From: Enterococcus phage VRE9_2
DNA length: 64,000 bases
Sequence record: PP680568.1
Strand: one strand, 5' to 3'
Each line of letters opens with the position of its first letter. The first letter of the stretch is position 1. Positions 38,416 to 47,067 of the stretch are shown in pieces. The notes below the pieces were generated by a model. It saw nothing but the letters and a program-made list of their open reading frames with translations. It was not told where the DNA came from and searched no databases. The position numbers and the translations under genes are program-made.

Positions 38416-38487
38416 GCTGGTTTCGTATAATGGCTATTACAGTTGACTTGTAATCTTCAAATGGGAGTTCGATTCTCTCAACCAGCA
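38416..38487 (+). tRNA. tRNA, anticodon uncertain (UGA read in loop GUUGACU)
   Basis: perfect acceptor gctggtt/aaccagc, T-arm gggag-TTCGATT-ctctc; AC stem ttaca/tgtaa; short D-arm. Confidence 0.45.
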
Positions 38488-38585
38488 TTTATAAATGAAT
38501 GAGGCATTGGTTAGGTCTAAAATAGATATAGGGGTATTTAGTTATCTACGGATGCTAAATATTGTGTAATTCATTTTATTTTTTT

Positions 38586-38658
38586 CGATGATTCGTTCAA
38601 ATGGATAGGACGCTAGACTACGGATCTAGTAATAGAGGTTCAAGTCCTCTATCATCGG
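38586..38658 (+). tRNA. tRNA-Arg (ACG)
   Basis: acceptor cgatgat/atcatcg, AC ctaga/tctag, loop cuACGga. Confidence 0.7.
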
Positions 38659-38766
38659 TAGTATAAGGAATGATATTTCGCTTATACGAAACGTTAAGAG
38701 ATTCTCACACTGACGTCCCAATAGAGAAGGGTTTGAATAATCTTCCTTCTCTTGGTTTTTAATTTA

Positions 38767-38837
38767 TGCGCTGTTGGTGTAGTGGTATCACATCTGGCTC
38801 CAAACCAGAAAATGGGGGTTCGATTCCTTCACGGCGT
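38767..38837 (+). tRNA. tRNA-Trp (CCA)
   Basis: D gtg-TAGTGGTAT-cac, AC tctgg/ccaga, loop cuCCAaa. Confidence 0.65.
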
Positions 38838-38960
38838 GTTAGTATTTATCCTAATATTTATGATACCATGTAGAAGATATAAATAATAGGAAATAGGCTA
38901 GTCGTACAGAAAATGCCTATAGCAGCTTTAATAGCTGTCGCTTGATTTTTTAGCTATTAC

Positions 38961-39031
38961 ACCCCTATAATTTAATGGTAAAATACTGTGCTGATAACGC
39001 AGATTCCCTTGTTCGATTCAAGGTAGGGGTA
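38961..39031 (+). tRNA. tRNA-Ile (GAU)
   Basis: acceptor accccta/taggggt, D attt/aaat, AC ctgtg/cgcag, loop cuGAUaa. Confidence 0.7.
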
Positions 39032-39065
39032 TTTCTCTTTAATAAAAATAGAGGAAGGTAAAATA

Positions 39066-39557
39066 ATGTTTAGATGTGAAATTTGTGGCAAGGAATTTGA
39101 CAGTCCCCTTAAACTAGGAGGGCACAAATCCTCTCATTCAAGAGGAAAGAGAAAAGACTGCAAAAAAGAAATTAATTGTTTATATTGTAATAAAACTATG
39201 ACTGTCAATAAATCAGATAAAAAACAATATTGTTCTGTTGAATGTTTTAGAGCTCAAGTACAAGAAGATAAAAACAATCGTTTTGTTGTAATTAGAAGCG
39301 AGAAACATGGCAATCATGTTTTAGACATTACTGTCAAAGAACTAGAAGACTATCGGCAAAAACAATTAGTTTGTGAGATTTGCGGCAACAAAGAAATCAT
39401 CAAAAATGGAACTATAAAATTATCAGTCGATCACAACCATGAAACTTATAAATTTAGAGGTTTGCTATGCTATGCATGTAATGTTAAATTAGCTTGGTTA
39501 GAGAAAGAGTGGGATAGCATTAAATCTTACTTAGAAAGAGATAATTTTAAGTTTTAG
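39066..39557 (+). CDS. HNH endonuclease with N-terminal C2H2-like zinc finger
   Basis: CEICGKEF...HKSSH; VDHNHETYKFRGLLCYACN HNH motif. Confidence 0.7.
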   Translation: MFRCEICGKEFDSPLKLGGHKSSHSRGKRKDCKKEINCLYCNKTMTVNKSDKKQYCSVECFRAQVQEDKNNRFVVIRSEKHGNHVLDITVKELEDYRQKQLVCEICGNKEIIKNGTIKLSVDHNHETYKFRGLLCYACNVKLAWLEKEWDSIKSYLERDNFKF

Positions 39558-39651
39558 TATTAATTTTTTTTTATTTAGATAGGAGAGCTTGGATAATATG
39601 AAGAAAAGATTAAACAAACTATAAATATCTTATAAAGGAGGTATTTATAAT

Positions 39652-39903
39652 ATGAGTAGAAGTAGAAAAAAACAACCATATTCAAGATATGTTTGTATGA
39701 AGAATTCTTCTGTCAGAAAATCCAAGAAACAAATAAATCGTCTTTATCGAAGAAGAATGAAACAAGGTCTATATGATGAAGATGCCAAAATTCCAAGTTT
39801 GTATAAAAGACATGTAGACTGGGATTGGGATTATGAAATGATAAAAGGATATTTTCCTAAAGAAAAGTATCCTGATTTTTATGAAAAACTTATGAGAAAA
39901 TAA
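39652..39903 (+). CDS. small basic protein
   Basis: 83 aa, R/K-rich N-terminus; GGAGG RBS. Confidence 0.4.
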   Translation: MSRSRKKQPYSRYVCMKNSSVRKSKKQINRLYRRRMKQGLYDEDAKIPSLYKRHVDWDWDYEMIKGYFPKEKYPDFYEKLMRK

Positions 39904-39993
39904 AACTCCCTAAGATAGGGAGTTTTTTATTTGAAAAATTTAATTTAAAATGATATAATTAATTATAAGGACAAATAAAAAGGAGATTCAAAA

Positions 39994-40269
39994 ATGAATA
40001 AAAGAGAAAAAATATTTAATAAAGCTAAAAATATTACTGCCAAAACTGAGTTAATTAGGGGCATAGTGCAAAATCCAATGCTTCCCGAAGAAGTAGATTT
40101 AGATGAATTCAAAAAAGAAATTCAACGTATCAAACGAGAATTAACAGATTATCAAAATGAAGTTCTCTTATATTTTGCTTCTATTGGGGATGAAGAGAAA
40201 GAGAGAATTAAACAAGAACAATTAGAATTATCTGAATACTGGGAACAAAGGTGGGAAAATATACTATGA
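39994..40269 (+). CDS. hypothetical protein
   Basis: 91 aa; conserved promoter-leader upstream. Confidence 0.45.
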   Translation: MNKREKIFNKAKNITAKTELIRGIVQNPMLPEEVDLDEFKKEIQRIKRELTDYQNEVLLYFASIGDEEKERIKQEQLELSEYWEQRWENIL

Positions 40270-40640
40270 AAGTATTTGTAGATGATTTAAGGAAGTGTCC
40301 TGAAAGATATGAATTATTTAGGAGCGCAGAAGATTTTCTTGACTGGAGACAGAAAAATAATGATACAGAAATTGATATTTTGGCATTGGATCATGACCTA
40401 GGAGAAAACTGTTTGAATGGATATGAATTAGTTCAAGAATTAGTAGAATCTACTAGAATGGACAATATTAAAACTATTATTTTCCACACAGATAATTTAA
40501 TTGGTATGAAAAATATGTATTGTTATTTAAGTAATGCCCAAAAGCATGGGATTATTAGTGAAAATATTGTAATAAACCCAAATAAATATAATTGTTTAGA
40601 TGGTAAGTTTACTCAAAGTCTATATCGTGTTATTAAATAA
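40266..40640 (+). CDS. hypothetical protein
   Basis: start set to MKVFVDD after AAAGGTGGG RBS. Confidence 0.45.
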   Translation: MKVFVDDLRKCPERYELFRSAEDFLDWRQKNNDTEIDILALDHDLGENCLNGYELVQELVESTRMDNIKTIIFHTDNLIGMKNMYCYLSNAQKHGIISENIVINPNKYNCLDGKFTQSLYRVIK

Positions 40641-40708
40641 TTTGAAATTATTAATACAATATATTATAATTATATTATAAGATAAATAAAAGAAAGGAAG
40701 TTGTTTAA

Positions 40709-40942
40709 ATGTTGGAAGATGAATTATATGAACAAGGTTTTAATTCTGGATATATTAGTGCATTACAAAAAATTTCTCATAAACTTGCTATGAAGAAAGA
40801 GCCAATTCTTCGAGGTATTCTAGTGGGAGAACTATCTTCCGAAGAAGATTTAGCGATATTAAATACTATTAATGAGATTGAAAAAGTTGTTGAAGAAGAA
40901 AAAGAAAATCTTGAAGATGAAGAAAGTTGGTTAGATGAATGA
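40709..40942 (+). CDS. hypothetical acidic protein
   Basis: 77 aa, AAAGGAAG RBS. Confidence 0.4.
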   Translation: MLEDELYEQGFNSGYISALQKISHKLAMKKEPILRGILVGELSSEEDLAILNTINEIEKVVEEEKENLEDEESWLDE

Positions 40943-41113
40943 AAGTAGGAGACACTGTTCTTATCCTTAAAGATCTTGAAGATGTTGCTTGTAAAGGGTG
41001 TATTGGAGTAATTGAAGAGATAAATATAGTCTTGAATAAAGTGTATTTTGTTTCAAAAGAAGGCATTGAAATGAATTGTTCTTTTTTTGAAGATGAGTTG
41101 GAGGTAATCTAAT
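40940..41113 (+). CDS. small hypothetical protein (57 aa)
   Basis: coupled ATGA overlap with previous gene. Confidence 0.3.
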
Positions 41114-41378
41114 GGTATTTGTACTTTTATTATTAAATGGAGGAGTTATATTAGCAACGATTGGTTTAATTTTTCTTATTATTGCTACAATTTTATCTAT
41201 TAAGTCAAGTGTTAGAGAAAAATATATCAATATAATTATTAAATTTTATTATATTGCAGGTATACTTTATATTATTTCAGCCTTTTTCTCTTTCGAAATT
41301 TTAACTATATTTTTAAAAGTTTTAGTTGGATTAATATGCTTATATAATGTTTATCTAATCAAAAAAAATAAAAATTGA
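41112..41378 (+). CDS. hypothetical membrane protein
   Basis: 88 aa, three hydrophobic segments. Confidence 0.45.
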   Translation: MVFVLLLLNGGVILATIGLIFLIIATILSIKSSVREKYINIIIKFYYIAGILYIISAFFSFEILTIFLKVLVGLICLYNVYLIKKNKN

Positions 41379-41439
41379 CTTTTTTAGCATAACATGTTAT
41401 AATATTTATATAAGTTAGGAAGAAAAAACTTCCTAATAT

Positions 41440-41511
41440 GTCGCTATAGTGTAATGGATAGCACAAGAAACTTCTAATTTCTAAGTTTAGGTTCGAGTCC
41501 TAATAGCGATG
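41440..41511 (+). tRNA. tRNA-Arg (UCU)
   Basis: AC agaaa/tttct, loop cuUCUaa, T-loop TTCGAGT. Confidence 0.7.
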
Positions 41512-41516
41512 TTCAC

Positions 41517-41592
41517 AGTAGAATAGCTTATGTTTGGTTAAAGCACTCACCTTATAAGTGAGAGAGCGTGGGTTCGAACCCCACTTCTACTA
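41517..41592 (+). tRNA. tRNA with anticodon UAU (Ile-AUA reader?)
   Basis: acceptor agtagaa/ttctact, D gctt/aagc, AC ctcac/gtgag, loop cuUAUaa, T-loop TTCGAAC. Confidence 0.55.
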
Positions 41593-41626
41593 TAAAGAAT
41601 AAATAATGAAAGGAGAATCTCAAAAA

Positions 41627-41749
41627 ATGGAAGAAACATTAGATCGTGCAATAGAATTATTAGAAGAAGCAGAAGATTTATTGAATAATGTTCATGCCTA
41701 TGATAGCGACACATATAATTCTATTTGTGAATTTTTAGACTCTTTATAA
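41627..41749 (+). CDS. small acidic protein (40 aa)
   Basis: AAAGGAG RBS then ATG; followed by AGGACAAAATGTCTT hairpin. Confidence 0.3.
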   Translation: MEETLDRAIELLEEAEDLLNNVHAYDSDTYNSICEFLDSL

Positions 41750-41797
41750 TTAGGACAAAATGTCTTAAAGTATATGTAAATTATTTTAAAGACTTAT

Positions 41798-41854
41798 ACA
41801 GGTGCGAAATTAATTCAATAGGTAGAATTATTTAGATGGGTTCAAATCCCATAT
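41798..41854 (+). ncRNA. armless tRNA-like RNA (acceptor-like stem + D-like arm + T-arm, no anticodon arm); candidate Y-RNA tRNA-like module
   Basis: gcgaaat t aattc-AATAGGTA-gaatt atttag atggg-TTCAAAT-cccat atttcgc; 57 nt; 120 nt upstream of the Ro60-like gene on the same strand. Confidence 0.35.
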
Positions 41855-41974
41855 TTCGCTTAGGTAAAGAATCTTACAGCAAATATCATATGTTTAATAG
41901 GCTAATTCAAATATATTATATAAGATTCTTGAAGTTATTTTTAGCCGATTAAGAGATAAAGGAGATAAATAACT

Positions 41975-43471
41975 ATGACATTTTTAGATAATTTGAAAGA
42001 GGAAGCAACAGTTGGACGCACTTTCAATGGTGCAACTACTTATACTACTTCATTAAATGCTAATGTTGATCTTTTTGCATTAGGTGGGTCTATGCGATAC
42101 CAAAATGTTGGAGACAAGATTTCATTATTTGAAAAAGCATATAATGAAGACAGAGCTGTTGCATTGAGAAACCTAGTTTATATGCGAGATATTCGTAATG
42201 GTGGACTGGGTGAAAGAGCTATGTTCCACGCAGGAATTTGGTTCTTAGCTAAAAAGAAAGATGAAAAAGCACTTCATGTTATCATGAATAATGTAGCTGA
42301 TTTTAGTCGTTGGGATGATCTATTTTTCATTATGAAACAAGATGAAAAATTGTTTGATTATGGATTAATCATCATCAAAACTCAGCTTTTGGAAGATATG
42401 GACAATATGCGAAAAGGTAAAGAAATTTCTTTATTAGGGAAATGGCTACCTAATATTAATGCCAAAAGTGAAGAACGAAGAGCTTTTGGTCTTAGAGTTG
42501 CTAATGCTTTAGGATATACTAAACCTAGTGACTATAAGGTCTACCGAAAAATGTTAGTTAGATTAAGAGAAAAATTAGATTTAGTAGAAGTAAAATTAGC
42601 TGCTAAAGATTATGATTCAATTGATTTTTCTAAATTACCTTCTAGAGCAGGATTCAAGTATCGCTCAGCATTTTGGCGCCATATTTCAGATCGTTATTCT
42701 GAATTTTTAGAAGCTGTGAATAACGGCGAAGCTACAATGAATGGAAATTTGGTAATGCCAGATGAAATTATTGGAGCTTATGGATATCGGAGTTGTATTT
42801 CTTATGAAGAACAACCTGAATTAGAAGCTGCATGGAAATCTCTAAAAGATACTGTTAAGGGTTCTGACGAGAATGTAATTGTAGTTGCAGATACTTCTGC
42901 TTCTATGTGGGGTAAACCATGGGAAGTAGCAGAAGGTTTAGCAATTTATACTGCTGAACGCTTAGAAGGACCATTCAAGAATAATTTTATCACTTTCTCT
43001 AGACGCCCACAATTGGTAACTCTACCAAGTAATTGTTCCTTACGAGATAAAATGAACGAATATTCTCGTCATTCTATTATCGAAAACACAGATATTGAAG
43101 CAGTATTTAATCTTATTTTAGATACTGCTATCAAGAATAACACTCCAAAAGAAGAAGTTCCATCTAAAATTATCATTGTTTCAGATATGGAATTTGATCT
43201 TCAACGAGGAAATGACGTTACACATTTCAAACTTGCAAAATCTCGTTTTGAGGACGCTGGTTATGAAATGCCAGATGTAATCTTTTGGAATGTAGAAGCT
43301 AGATTAGGAAACTTGCCTGTTCGTTACAATGAACAGGGAGCAGCATTAGTATCTGGATTCAGTACAAATATTCTAACTTCTATTTTGAATGGAAAATTAG
43401 AAACTCCAGAATCTATGATGTTAGAAACGTTGTCCAATCCAGCATTTGACTTCATTGATGAAGCTATCTAA
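41975..43471 (+). CDS. rsr: Ro60/Rsr-like protein (TROVE domain + C-terminal vWA domain)
   Basis: N-terminus TFNGATTYTTS...LFALGGSMRY TROVE-like; vWA with MIDAS VVADTSASMWGKPW...IIVSDMEFD; 498 aa. Confidence 0.65.
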   Translation: MTFLDNLKEEATVGRTFNGATTYTTSLNANVDLFALGGSMRYQNVGDKISLFEKAYNEDRAVALRNLVYMRDIRNGGLGERAMFHAGIWFLAKKKDEKALHVIMNNVADFSRWDDLFFIMKQDEKLFDYGLIIIKTQLLEDMDNMRKGKEISLLGKWLPNINAKSEERRAFGLRVANALGYTKPSDYKVYRKMLVRLREKLDLVEVKLAAKDYDSIDFSKLPSRAGFKYRSAFWRHISDRYSEFLEAVNNGEATMNGNLVMPDEIIGAYGYRSCISYEEQPELEAAWKSLKDTVKGSDENVIVVADTSASMWGKPWEVAEGLAIYTAERLEGPFKNNFITFSRRPQLVTLPSNCSLRDKMNEYSRHSIIENTDIEAVFNLILDTAIKNNTPKEEVPSKIIIVSDMEFDLQRGNDVTHFKLAKSRFEDAGYEMPDVIFWNVEARLGNLPVRYNEQGAALVSGFSTNILTSILNGKLETPESMMLETLSNPAFDFIDEAI

Positions 43472-43505
43472 ATTACCCCCTTTCTACCTCTTAATTGAGG
43501 TAGTT

Positions 43506-43579
43506 ACGCTTCTTTAGCTCAGTAGGTAGTAGCGCCAGTCTGAAGAACTGGAGGTCCCTGGTTCGACTCCAGGAGGAAG
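43506..43579 (+). tRNA. tRNA-Phe (GAA)
   Basis: AC ccagt/actgg, loop cuGAAga, T-loop TTCGACT. Confidence 0.7.
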
Positions 43580-43697
43580 CATTAATCCAGCCCAGGAAAG
43601 TGCCAATATTATATTCGCTCTCTTGGGCTTTTCATATTTGAAAAAATATATTAATCATGTTATAATTAATTATAAAGTTAATTAAGAATTTTAAAAG

Positions 43698-43772
43698 TGT
43701 CCCTGTCGCCAAGAGGCTTAAGGCTATGGATTGCAAACCCATAATACGTGAGTTCGAATCTCACCAGGGACT
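43698..43772 (+). tRNA. tRNA-Cys (GCA)
   Basis: perfect acceptor gtccctg/cagggac, D gcc/ggc, loop uuGCAaa. Confidence 0.65.
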
Positions 43773-43799
43773 TTTAAATAAAAAGGGGTCGATAATAAA

Positions 43800-44096
43800 A
43801 TGGACAAAGAAAAAATTAAAGAATCTTGGAACTATTGTTTAGCCCAAAGTATTGGAGTTAGAAAATTAGCTTCTAAAAATGAAGCTATTAGAAAAGATAG
43901 TTTAGAAAAAAACATTGCTACTAAAACTGCCTTAGAAGTTTTAAAAGAGCAATTAAATGTTTTAATTGAGATGCTGGAGAAAATTGATTTAGAAGAAGAA
44001 CTTCTCTTAACTTGTCAAGAGAAAGCTGCGGTAGAGTATCTTATTGAAGTATATGAAAATCTTATTATTGTGAAAGAGGGGGAGCAACTTGACTAA
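43800..44096 (+). CDS. hypothetical protein
   Basis: 98-aa ORF. Confidence 0.45.
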   Translation: MDKEKIKESWNYCLAQSIGVRKLASKNEAIRKDSLEKNIATKTALEVLKEQLNVLIEMLEKIDLEEELLLTCQEKAAVEYLIEVYENLIIVKEGEQLD

Positions 44097-44733
44097 ATTT
44101 ATTACAAGTGATTGGCATTTCTTTCATAATAATGCTTGTGGTCCAGAAGGATTCATTTCTACTAGAAAAAAGTTTTCCTCTGTAGAAGAGATGAACGATA
44201 ATATTATTAAAACTATTAATCAAAAGGTTGGTAGAGATGATACTATTATTCATTTAGGAGATATTGGTTTTGGGAAACCTAAAAAATTGTTTGAAACATT
44301 AGAAAAAATCAATGGACAAATTATTTTAATTAAGGGAAATCATGATAGTTCAAAATTATTTAAGTATATTGTAAATAATAATTATCATTATCCATATAGT
44401 AATCCTAAAAAACGTAAACAATCTCCTGACCGAGTTAAATTTTTAGTTGAAGAAGTTGGTTTAAGGGAAAAAATGAATGGTAAGGTTTACTATTTAACTC
44501 ATTACCCATTTCAGTTAGGAGAACAACGTAAAAATATGCGTTCAATTTGTGGACATATTCATGAGCAGATTGCTCCTGAGGCTAATATGATTAACGTAGG
44601 TATTGATTCTCCTGAAATTGCTTCAAAGATTTCTAATTTTGGAGAACCTCTTCTTCTGGAAGATGCAATAGAATTAGTTGATAAAAAATGGGAAAAATGG
44701 TATAATGATACTATAAGAATTTTGGGAAGTTAA
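44089..44733 (+). CDS. calcineurin-like metallophosphoesterase
   Basis: SDWHFFH, GDIGFG, GNHDSS, THYPF, GHIHEQ motifs. Confidence 0.72.
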   Translation: MTKFITSDWHFFHNNACGPEGFISTRKKFSSVEEMNDNIIKTINQKVGRDDTIIHLGDIGFGKPKKLFETLEKINGQIILIKGNHDSSKLFKYIVNNNYHYPYSNPKKRKQSPDRVKFLVEEVGLREKMNGKVYYLTHYPFQLGEQRKNMRSICGHIHEQIAPEANMINVGIDSPEIASKISNFGEPLLLEDAIELVDKKWEKWYNDTIRILGS

Positions 44734-44746
44734 TCTTCCCTTTTAT

Positions 44747-44835
44747 GGAGCTATGACTGAGAGGTTGAAGGTGACGCACTGCTAATGCGTTAGTCGGCAT
44801 AAGGTTGGCTCATGGGTTCGAATCCCATTAGCTCC
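44747..44835 (+). tRNA. tRNA-Ser (GCU), type II
   Basis: perfect acceptor ggagcta/tagctcc, AC acgca/tgcgt, loop cuGCUaa, long variable arm. Confidence 0.7.
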
Positions 44836-44862
44836 TTTTATAAAAAAATAGGGGGTTTTTAC

Positions 44863-45078
44863 ATGTTCGGTGCTAAATTAGCATTTTTTCTATATGTTGT
44901 CGCAATAATTACATTTATGATTTTACTTGCTCCAATTGTATTATATCTAATTTGGAATTTTGTAGTAGCAATAGCATTTCCAGGATTATTTACATTAACT
45001 TTTTTCCAATGTTTTAGTATAACATTATTGCTTACCTTTATAAAAGCAATTTTCATTAATAAAAAATCTAACGACTAA
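44863..45078 (+). CDS. small membrane protein
   Basis: start moved to MFGAKL downstream of the tRNA; two TM segments. Confidence 0.4.
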   Translation: MFGAKLAFFLYVVAIITFMILLAPIVLYLIWNFVVAIAFPGLFTLTFFQCFSITLLLTFIKAIFINKKSND

Positions 45079-45109
45079 AAATTAAAATTAAAGGAGAATG
45101 ATATAAATA

Positions 45110-45250
45110 TGGCGAAAAAACAAAATACTACTAAAGAACCAGTTGAATTGACACAAAAGATTGATTTTACTGAATGGTTGAAAAAACAGGAAGCAGCTTT
45201 TAGAAATAAAGTTTATAAAGAACACAAAAAATCTAAGCCCGTTAAATAGG
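45110..45250 (+). CDS. small basic protein (46 aa)
   Basis: GGAG RBS; stop inside terminator hairpin. Confidence 0.3.
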
Positions 45251-45260
45251 GCTTTTTTTC
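45235..45260 (+). terminator. rho-independent terminator
   Basis: AAGCCCgttaaataGGGCTT followed by T7. Confidence 0.6.
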
Positions 45261-45323
45261 TTGACTTTATTTGATATACATGTTATAATATAAGTATAAT
45301 AAAAAATAAGGAGGAATATCACA

Positions 45324-45635
45324 TTGTCAGATAAAACTAATACAGTAGATGTTGAATATTTAACATATTGGAAACTAACTCCAACAGAAAAAGATAGGTT
45401 AAAAACAGATTATGGTATTTCTAGAAATAAAGCTAAATATGATATTAATAAACATATAATCGTACCGCAGCCAGTAAATGCGGAAGATTTAGATTTCTTT
45501 CCTGGTGAATTCGTAGCTTCTTTTGTTATCTATGAAGGACAAAATTATCCGGTATTTTTAAAAATTAATGATCCTAATGAATACGTTGATTTACCGATTG
45601 AATCAACTCCAAAAGGAGATGAGTTAATTGATTAA
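45324..45635 (+). CDS. hypothetical protein
   Basis: 103 aa, AAGGAGG RBS, TTG start. Confidence 0.45.
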   Translation: MSDKTNTVDVEYLTYWKLTPTEKDRLKTDYGISRNKAKYDINKHIIVPQPVNAEDLDFFPGEFVASFVIYEGQNYPVFLKINDPNEYVDLPIESTPKGDELID

Positions 45636-45855
45636 TGACAAATATGCCTTTCAACAAGAAATGAACGCCCGCACAAAACTAGTATTTAAAAGTCCTATGG
45701 ATGGAATTAACTTCTATGATATAGCTTTTGTTGAAGCTAAAAAACTTGATAAAAAGCTTAAATCTGAAGGAAATCCATTAAAATCTTGGGATGATGAACG
45801 ATTATTATCGTTTTTTGAAGAAATTGCTAGTAGATATAATGTAAATATGGGGTAG
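45628..45855 (+). CDS. hypothetical protein
   Basis: 75 aa, coupled. Confidence 0.4.
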   Translation: MINDKYAFQQEMNARTKLVFKSPMDGINFYDIAFVEAKKLDKKLKSEGNPLKSWDDERLLSFFEEIASRYNVNMG

Positions 45856-45974
45856 CCTATGCTACCCTTTTTTGATTTTTTGTAAATAAAATGGTATAAT
45901 TAATTATAAAGTTAAATAAGAAATCCTTCCTTTTTCATAGAGAGTATAAGATAATATAGAAAAGGAGGGATTAT

Positions 45975-46229
45975 ATGGCTATTAGAAAAGATTATAATTG
46001 GCTTTCTAGTGAATCTAATAAGAAAGCACTAGAAGAAAAACTTTCTTTCTTCAAAGAAAAAACTGGTCTTGATATAAAACATTATTACGATAAAGGAAAC
46101 TTTTGTTCTGGTTTTGCTCATGACCATGTAGTAATAGAAGCAAATAAGAAAATTTTTGCTATTTCAGACGATAAAACTATTTATATTAATAGAAATAATA
46201 ATTGGGAGGTCTTTAAATATGAAAGTTAG
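45975..46229 (+). CDS. hypothetical protein
   Basis: 84 aa; conserved promoter-leader at 45885-45925. Confidence 0.45.
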   Translation: MAIRKDYNWLSSESNKKALEEKLSFFKEKTGLDIKHYYDKGNFCSGFAHDHVVIEANKKIFAISDDKTIYINRNNNWEVFKYES

Positions 46230-46554
46230 TTTAGAATTAAATAACGTAGAACCAGGATTGCTTGATTCAATTGTAAGATTAGTAGGAGATAATCAAGTAA
46301 AATTTGATATGACAGAAGAAGTTGAAGCCTCCTTAGAAGAAATTATTTTAGATTCATCTTATTTGTATCAAATCAATGGAGAATATCATTCTATTGTAGA
46401 TATTGACCAAGAAACTCAAATTGTTATTTTTTCTGATATATATGCAAATTTCTTAGATACTTTACAATTTTATAATATTAAAAGAATGGCTGATCCGAGT
46501 TTATTAGATAAGTTTTTAGAAAAACAAATTGAACTTGATGGGGGATTAGAATGA
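46219..46554 (+). CDS. hypothetical acidic protein
   Basis: start at MKVSLELNN after GGGAGG. Confidence 0.45.
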   Translation: MKVSLELNNVEPGLLDSIVRLVGDNQVKFDMTEEVEASLEEIILDSSYLYQINGEYHSIVDIDQETQIVIFSDIYANFLDTLQFYNIKRMADPSLLDKFLEKQIELDGGLE

Positions 46555-46814
46555 AAGTAATTACAGACCCAGTAAGTTCAACGCCATATATAGTTTTAAA
46601 AGAAAATCCAAATATTCTGGCTCTCTTGGTTTTTGACAAAAATGTTTTTAGTGATTTAGATATTGTATATCTAGAGCCTGAAAAAGTTAAACATTTTCAC
46701 GAAGTAGAATTAAATGATTTTTTTATAGAAATTATGAAATTTACTCGTGAACGAGAAGGTAAAATAGTAAAAAGTATTGAATCATATAGAATTTTGCCAA
46801 AGGAGGATAATTAA
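46551..46814 (+). CDS. hypothetical protein
   Basis: 87 aa, coupled. Confidence 0.45.
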   Translation: MKVITDPVSSTPYIVLKENPNILALLVFDKNVFSDLDIVYLEPEKVKHFHEVELNDFFIEIMKFTREREGKIVKSIESYRILPKEDN

Positions 46815-46815
46815 T

Positions 46816-47067
46816 TTGAGAGAATATCTTGATTTTGTTATGTATAAGATTAATCATTCAATGAGACCAATTTTAATTGGTGGAATAGCTTTTGTTGCAT
46901 TAATTGCTTTTGCTTTCCCACAAATAGCTTCTATTACTATATTCGGATACGCCTTAGTATTTTTAGTAGGATTAATAATTTCGATTTTAGGAGTAATTTT
47001 AGCCAATACAATATACTTTCTTGTCGTAAAACAAGAACAAAGGAAAGAAAAGAGGCGAGAAAAATAA
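46816..47067 (+). CDS. small membrane protein
   Basis: TTG start after AAGGAGG; two TM segments. Confidence 0.4.
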   Translation: MREYLDFVMYKINHSMRPILIGGIAFVALIAFAFPQIASITIFGYALVFLVGLIISILGVILANTIYFLVVKQEQRKEKRREK

